The notes under the pieces were generated by a model. The model worked only from the letters and a program-made list of their open reading frames with translations. It made no database searches and was not told where the DNA came from. A stretch of 64,000 nucleotides of DNA from an uncultured Pelagibacteraceae bacterium (lineage in GTDB: Bacteria; Pseudomonadota; Alphaproteobacteria; Pelagibacterales; Pelagibacteraceae): assembly GCA_902557385.1 (NCBI GenBank), contig CACDZF010000003.1:2751-66750 (forward strand). Direction: 5' to 3'. The first letter of the stretch is position 1. Every line of letters starts with the position of its first letter. The position numbers and the translations under genes are program-made. Below are positions 58,462-64,000 of the stretch, one piece after another.

Positions 58462-59587
58462 AAATATTTTCAACCAATATTCCACCAGTTGATGGTTCTT
58501 TGCAGCCTGTAGTGTTTGGAAAAGAAATTGGAAGCTTAAGAAAAGATCGAATAGCTAAATAAGCAAAAGCTTGAGACTCAATGAAGTCACCATCTATTCC
58601 ATAACTATCTATATTTTCAATTGTATGTTTTTTTGATAATTTTTTTTTAATAGTTTCCATCAAAGTTAAATTTTTCCTTCCACCTCCACAAACTAAAACC
58701 TTTCTAGATTTGTCGCTTAATTTGCTTATAAAATCTACAATTCTGTCTTCTAAGACTGCAGCAGTAAATTCAGTTACAGTTGAAGCACCATCTTCCAAAG
58801 ATAGACCACGTAAAAAATTGATATCAAAATCTTTAGGATCATAAGAAAGAATATTTTTATATTTTAAACTTTCGTGGTTATCTAAAGCTTGATTTAAAAT
58901 TGCTATATTTATTTTTCCTATTTTTGCCGTTAATCCGTCTTTATCAAATTTTTTTCCGGTTTTTTTTCTCATCCATTCATCGATTAAACAGTTCCCTGGT
59001 CCGATATCGCGACTTACTAAGGTTGAATTTATATCGGACTCTATAGCCGTTATATTTGCAATACCTCCTAAATTAAGCATACAAATTGGCAGATCAATTT
59101 TGATTTTTTGTGAAATCAATTTATGAAATATGGGCGCTAATGGTGCTCCTTGGCCTCCATTTCTTAAATCATTTTGTCTGAAATCGTAAACAACTTTTTT
59201 TTTAACTAATTGTGATAACAGACTTCCGTCTCCTAATTGTTTAGAAATTTTTTCATCTGCATTATGAAAAATCGTTTGTCCATGAAATCCTATAATGTCT
59301 ATATTAAAATCAATTTCCTTAATAACTTCGTTGATAACTTTAGCATGGAACAAAGTGATCTCTTTTTCAAGAACCTCAAGTTCTTTGGTGTATATTCTAA
59401 GGTCTTCTGAGTTGTTAATTTTATCTCTATTACTTATGAGATTTTTGTGAAAATCATCACTATACTCAAAATACTTGTTTAAAACTCCATTAAATTTGAC
59501 TTCGCCATCAGATTTTATGATTGAAACGTCAATACCATCCATCGACGTTCCACTCATTAAACCTAAACTATAAAAACTTTTACTCAT
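58460..59587 (-). CDS. anmK: Anhydro-N-acetylmuramic acid kinase
   Basis: GLMSGTSMDGID, HGQT, DFR..D...GGQGAPLAP, NLGGIAN, GPGN. Confidence 0.95.
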   Translation of the reverse strand: MSKSFYSLGLMSGTSMDGIDVSIIKSDGEVKFNGVLNKYFEYSDDFHKNLISNRDKINNSEDLRIYTKELEVLEKEITLFHAKVINEVIKEIDFNIDIIGFHGQTIFHNADEKISKQLGDGSLLSQLVKKKVVYDFRQNDLRNGGQGAPLAPIFHKLISQKIKIDLPICMLNLGGIANITAIESDINSTLVSRDIGPGNCLIDEWMRKKTGKKFDKDGLTAKIGKINIAILNQALDNHESLKYKNILSYDPKDFDINFLRGLSLEDGASTVTEFTAAVLEDRIVDFISKLSDKSRKVLVCGGGRKNLTLMETIKKKLSKKHTIENIDSYGIDGDFIESQAFAYLAIRSFLKLPISFPNTTGCKEPSTGGILVENI

Positions 59588-59645
59588 ATATATTTTTTAA
59601 TTAATTCAAATAAAGTATATTGATTCTACACTGTTTTTAAAAAAT

Positions 59646-60881
59646 ATGGAAAATTCATTCTTATCCGAATTTAAAAAAAGAGATTATTTTAATCAATGTA
59701 CTAATCATAATGAGTTAGAAGTTTTGATGAATAAGAACAAAATCAGAGCTTATATTGGTTTTGATTGCACAGCATCAAGTCTACACGTGGGTAGCTTATT
59801 GCAAATTATGTGTCTTAGAATGTTACAAAAATATGGACATCAGCCAATTGTTTTGCTTGGGGGAGGAACAACAAGAATTGGTGATCCATCAGGAAAAGAT
59901 GAGACTAGAAAAATTTTATCTGAAAAAGAAATTGAAAAAAATATAAAAAATATTCAAAAAATTTTCAAAATATACCTAAAAACAAATAATCCTAAAACTA
60001 AACCTATTTTTGTTAATAATTATAAGTGGCTTGGTAAACTTAATTATATAAAATTTTTAAGAGATATTGGAAAACATTTTACAATTAATAAAATGTTAAG
60101 CTTTGATAGTGTTAAACTACGTTTAGATAGAGATCAGTCGTTAAGTTACATGGAATTTAACTATATGATTTTACAAGCATATGATTTTTTGGAATTAAAC
60201 AAAACTAAAAACTGCTTGATGCAAATAGGTGGTTCTGACCAATGGGGAAATATTATTAATGGTGTAGAATTAATTAAAAGATATTCTAGTAAGCAAGTCT
60301 TTGGTTTAACGACTCCATTAATCACTTTAGCCTCAGGTGCAAAAATGGGTAAAACTGAAAAAGGTGCGGTGTGGTTGGATGAAAAACTTTTATCATCTTA
60401 TGACTATTGGCAGTTTTGGAGAAATACAGATGATAGAGATGTAATAAAATTTATTAAAATGTTTACTGATATTAGCTTAGAAAAAACTGAGCAAATTAAA
60501 AATCAAAATATCAATGAATTAAAAATATTATTGGCAAATGAAGCTACGACTATGTTGCATGGAAAGAAGGCTGCTCAAAAAGCAGAGGAAACTGCTAAAA
60601 AAACTTTTGGAAAAGGTTCGGTAGGAGATGATCTACCATCAATAACAATTAAAAAGGAAAATATTAAGAATGGAATTAATATAATCGACGTTGTTGTACT
60701 TTCAAATTTATTAACTTCTAAAAGCGAAGTTAGAAGAACAATAAAAAACAAGGGCATTAGGGTAAATAATAATATTGTTGAAAGTGATAAGTTTAATGTA
60801 TCTTTAGAAGATTTTAATAAGGAAAATATTTTAAAATTATCTCACGGAAAAAAAAATCATGTAATTATAAAAATAAATTGA
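59646..60881 (+). CDS. tyrS: Tyrosyl-tRNA synthetase
   Basis: YIGFD.TA.SLHVG, GGSDQWGN, KMGKT, S4 domain. Confidence 0.97.
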   Translation: MENSFLSEFKKRDYFNQCTNHNELEVLMNKNKIRAYIGFDCTASSLHVGSLLQIMCLRMLQKYGHQPIVLLGGGTTRIGDPSGKDETRKILSEKEIEKNIKNIQKIFKIYLKTNNPKTKPIFVNNYKWLGKLNYIKFLRDIGKHFTINKMLSFDSVKLRLDRDQSLSYMEFNYMILQAYDFLELNKTKNCLMQIGGSDQWGNIINGVELIKRYSSKQVFGLTTPLITLASGAKMGKTEKGAVWLDEKLLSSYDYWQFWRNTDDRDVIKFIKMFTDISLEKTEQIKNQNINELKILLANEATTMLHGKKAAQKAEETAKKTFGKGSVGDDLPSITIKKENIKNGINIIDVVVLSNLLTSKSEVRRTIKNKGIRVNNNIVESDKFNVSLEDFNKENILKLSHGKKNHVIIKIN

Positions 60882-60903
60882 TACTTATTTTTTAATTTTT
60901 AAC

Positions 60904-63108
60904 TTATTTTTTTTTTATTTTTTCTAAAGTTCTGGTAATAAATCTTGGAGCTAAAGTTTTAATTGGATTTACAGTTGTTTTTAATTTCTTGGGATGGCCT
61001 TTTATTTTAAAACTCACACCAAATACACCCTCACCTGTTTTTTTTCCTACCAAAATTTCACCTAAGATTGGGATTTTTCCAATAGCTTTATTTATTGTTG
61101 TTGCGGGTACTAGTGTGCCTCTAAGACTAACTAAATTTTTTCCTTCTATATAACCTTCCATCAAAATTGAAATAGCAGGTCCAATTGAATAAATTTCATT
61201 AATTGTCATAAGATTTTTTTTATTTTCAAAGTTCATTTCAAAGTCTTCGAAACGTATTCCCTCACCTGTCAGAAGGTCAGCTATACCTTGGAGAGAAGCT
61301 AAAGTAAGAATTTTTGTTAAAGCAGGGACTTCTTTTAATTTAAAATCATTAATTTTTAATTTTGATTTTGATAAATTGTTCTTTTTAATTGAGTAAAAAT
61401 CTAAATATCCCCCTTCAAAACCTTTGATAAATTTATATTTTTTAACCAATGGTTTTGCATTTTCCGCAACTAAAGTCGTTATTTTTTCATTATTTTCATT
61501 AGTTCTAATTGTTAAGACAAGTTTTTTATTATCAGCAAAATTTCCAGATAAATTTAAATTAACTAAATTGTTTTTTTTAAAATTAACATCGCTTTGTAAA
61601 GACTTCAAAAAATAACTATCGTCAATAAAAACTTTATCCATATTGATTTTAAATTTAGAATTAAGATTATTAAAAAATCTAGAAATTCCTTCATTATTAT
61701 CACCTGTCAAAATTTCATCTAAAATGGTGCTGCCATCAAAAATTTTACTTGATACTAAATAGTCTTTTTTATCTCTCCTTAAAAAAATTTCATTATTATT
61801 GTTATTTTCATTAATAAAATTTAAATCTATAATTTTAAAGTAATTTATTTTTAAATCTTTCGATAAACTTAAATTATCAATTAAAAAATTATTTTTTGAA
61901 TCATTTAGAGATATTTTTTTAAATAGCAATGTTTTATCTTTTTGATATTCTCCATCAATAAATAGAGTCGAGTTTTCGTTTTCTTTTTTTTTGTAGTTTA
62001 AAAATCCTAAGTATAACGGGTTTTTATTTATATTGATTTTAGACTGAAACTTAAGATTGCCATCTTTATTTATTAAATCATAATTTATTTTTTCACGATG
62101 TGTATCTATTAAATAGCTTCCAGCACCTTTTATGGATAATTTTTTTTTTTTTATAGATACTTCAATTTCATGATCTTCAAAGTCTATAAATCCATTATAA
62201 TTTGGAATATAATTGTGGATTTTTGCTGTATCTATTTTATAATTTAATTTATCTAAATTAACTTTTGATTTAAGAGAAAAATCATTAATTTTTAATTTTT
62301 TATTTATTTTAAACGAAAAATTATTATCAGAACTTATTTTTGTATTATTAAAATTAAAATTTCCTAGATTTTGCTTAAAAAATATTGATATTTTTTCTTT
62401 GTCAACATTTGAAGATTTATTATTTAAATTACCTTCAACTAAAAAATATTTTTGTTTATCAATAATGTTTATCTTTTTTGATAAAAAATTTATATTTTTA
62501 TATGTAATTTTTGCATTTTGAATTAAATATAGTTTGTTTTGAATATCAAAATTTAAATCAATATCAGAAATACTGCCTTTGTTTAAAAATCTAATTTGTG
62601 CTTCTTTAATTGAGCCATTAAATTTATAATCTTTTTTTAACTTTCCATTCTCATTAAAATTTAGTTCTATTTTGCTATTGATTTTGCCCTTTTTTAACAT
62701 TTTTTCAAAAATAATTAACTGTGGGCTGTTTTTATAAATTCTAACAAAATTTACTACATCAATTAAATCATTATCTTTTGATTCTATAAATGCGTTTTTA
62801 ATTCCAAATTCTTTGTTTAGAAATTTTCTTAGTGATAAATTGGTAGATATATCTTTTATTTGAATTTCTCTATTGTTATACATTAATACAACATCGGAAA
62901 CTTTAATGTTTACTGAGAGATTACTTAATTTTAATAAAATTTTAACTTTATCAAATTTAGCTTTGATTTTGTTATTTGATTTAGATATTTCGTTTTGAAT
63001 TAATTTATTAAAACTTTTTGTTTCGATCCCATAAAAACTTAAGTATCCAACAAATATTACTAACAATATTAGTAAAAAAGAAAAAAACTTTATAAATGTT
63101 TTAAACAT
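60904..63108 (-). CDS. AsmA/YhdP-like envelope protein
   Basis: N-terminal TM anchor, long beta-rich body, C-terminal IP.LG.IL.G...GEG.FG..F.I.G...NP. Confidence 0.7.
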   Translation of the reverse strand: MFKTFIKFFSFLLILLVIFVGYLSFYGIETKSFNKLIQNEISKSNNKIKAKFDKVKILLKLSNLSVNIKVSDVVLMYNNREIQIKDISTNLSLRKFLNKEFGIKNAFIESKDNDLIDVVNFVRIYKNSPQLIIFEKMLKKGKINSKIELNFNENGKLKKDYKFNGSIKEAQIRFLNKGSISDIDLNFDIQNKLYLIQNAKITYKNINFLSKKINIIDKQKYFLVEGNLNNKSSNVDKEKISIFFKQNLGNFNFNNTKISSDNNFSFKINKKLKINDFSLKSKVNLDKLNYKIDTAKIHNYIPNYNGFIDFEDHEIEVSIKKKKLSIKGAGSYLIDTHREKINYDLINKDGNLKFQSKININKNPLYLGFLNYKKKENENSTLFIDGEYQKDKTLLFKKISLNDSKNNFLIDNLSLSKDLKINYFKIIDLNFINENNNNNEIFLRRDKKDYLVSSKIFDGSTILDEILTGDNNEGISRFFNNLNSKFKINMDKVFIDDSYFLKSLQSDVNFKKNNLVNLNLSGNFADNKKLVLTIRTNENNEKITTLVAENAKPLVKKYKFIKGFEGGYLDFYSIKKNNLSKSKLKINDFKLKEVPALTKILTLASLQGIADLLTGEGIRFEDFEMNFENKKNLMTINEIYSIGPAISILMEGYIEGKNLVSLRGTLVPATTINKAIGKIPILGEILVGKKTGEGVFGVSFKIKGHPKKLKTTVNPIKTLAPRFITRTLEKIKKK

Positions 63109-64000
63109 TGATTTTGTAAAGTGAACTTTCTATAAATTCGTCAATTTCCCCATCTAAAACTTTATCGGGATTTGAACTTTCTTGATCTGTTCTATTATCT
63201 TTAACTAAACGATAAGGGTGTAAAACGTAAGATCTTATTTGATGCCCCCATCCAATATCAGATTTAGAACTTTCCAAGTTTTTTGTCTCCTTTTCTCTTT
63301 TTTTTATTTCATGGTCATAAAGCCTAGCTTTTAACATATTCATGCATGTTTCTTTATTTTTATGTTGAGATCTTTCATTTTGACACTGAACAACAATTTT
63401 TGAAGGAATATGTGTTATCCTTACGGCGCTATCGGTTGTATTTACATGTTGTCCTCCAGCACCGCTAGATCTATAGGTATCGATTCTTAAATCCTTTTCT
63501 TTTATCTCTACATTTACATTTTCATCCACAACTGGATAAACCCAAATACTAGCAAAACTTGTGTGCCTTCTTGCTCCCGAGTCAAATGGAGATATTCTAA
63601 CCAATCTATGAATTCCAGACTCTGATTTTAATAATCCATAAGTATAGTCCCCCTCAATTTTAATTGTGGATGATTTTATACCTGCTTCATCACCTTTGTG
63701 CTCACTGATGATCTGAAATTTAAAATTTTTATTATTGGACCACTTAACATACATTCTCCTTAACATTTCAGCCCAATCTTGACTTTCAGTTCCACCAGCT
63801 CCGGCGTGTATTTCTAAATAACAATCTAAACCATCACTTTCGCCTGAAAGAAAACATTTTATTTCGTTTTTTTTTGTTAGATTTTTTAAGTTTTTAATTT
63901 TTTTTAAATTTTCATTTATAATTGTTTGATTATTTTCATCTAAGGCTAATTTTTGTAACTCTTCCAAATCATCAAGCTCTTTAATCGATTTTTCGTAAGA
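63101..64000 (-). CDS. prfB: Peptide chain release factor 2, 5' part outside the window
   Basis: GAGGTE, SPF, GGQ motifs; frame stays open to position 64000. Confidence 0.96.
   Translation of the reverse strand, partial: SYEKSIKELDDLEELQKLALDENNQTIINENLKKIKNLKNLTKKNEIKCFLSGESDGLDCYLEIHAGAGGTESQDWAEMLRRMYVKWSNNKNFKFQIISEHKGDEAGIKSSTIKIEGDYTYGLLKSESGIHRLVRISPFDSGARRHTSFASIWVYPVVDENVNVEIKEKDLRIDTYRSSGAGGQHVNTTDSAVRITHIPSKIVVQCQNERSQHKNKETCMNMLKARLYDHEIKKREKETKNLESSKSDIGWGHQIRSYVLHPYRLVKDNRTDQESSNPDKVLDGEIDEFIESSLYKINV

Noticed and set aside
1107-61615. Many short ORF-track entries (e.g. 1107-1319, 2108-2332, 9533-9847, 19304-19732, 30764-31246, 38631-39002, 47860-48195)
   Set aside because: Antisense or out-of-frame shadows of well-supported genes, with no motifs
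63101-64000. prfB programmed +1 frameshift site
   Set aside because: It would lie near the gene's 5' end, outside the window
1-64000. tRNA/rRNA genes, CRISPR arrays, IS elements, integrases, prophage genes
   Set aside because: None seen; intergenic gaps are short and hold no regular repeat-spacer arrays or tRNA cloverleaves

Overview
AT-rich, tightly packed alphaproteobacterial DNA whose gene content and order fit SAR11 (Ca. Pelagibacter). In order it holds: (1) an organosulfonate/sulfite module (partial xsc, suyAB, tauE-like, aprMBA); (2) a metC-MFS-pabBAC operon; (3) housekeeping genes (mnmA, cysQ, recX, bcp, hup, rseP); (4) two ammonium transporters, one fused to a HAMP-like linker and a PP2C phosphatase; (5) a thiV-type symporter under a divergent TPP-type riboswitch; (6) an Fe(III) ABC transporter with Fur boxes; (7) lysR, acuI, folE, hisI; (8) a ~25 kb betaine/methylated-onium and C1 region (ETF/ETF-QO, two DMG-dehydrogenase-like enzymes, carnitine dehydrogenase, BesD/HalD-like dioxygenase, mini nucleotidyltransferase and mini kinase split by an autotransporter, DddP-like enzyme, Rieske oxygenase, methyltransferase, BHMT, betaine-type SBP and permease, MetF, GcvT-like protein); (9) anmK, tyrS, an AsmA-like gene and partial prfB. 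I saw no tRNA, rRNA, CRISPR array or transposase. The best leads are an unrecognised multibranched RNA upstream of bhmT, a TPP-riboswitch variant lacking the pyrophosphate-contact nucleotides, the Amt-PP2C sensor, an unannotated bS22/mS38-like basic peptide, and the onium-catabolism gene set. All calls are by eye from motifs; no searches or folding programs were run.
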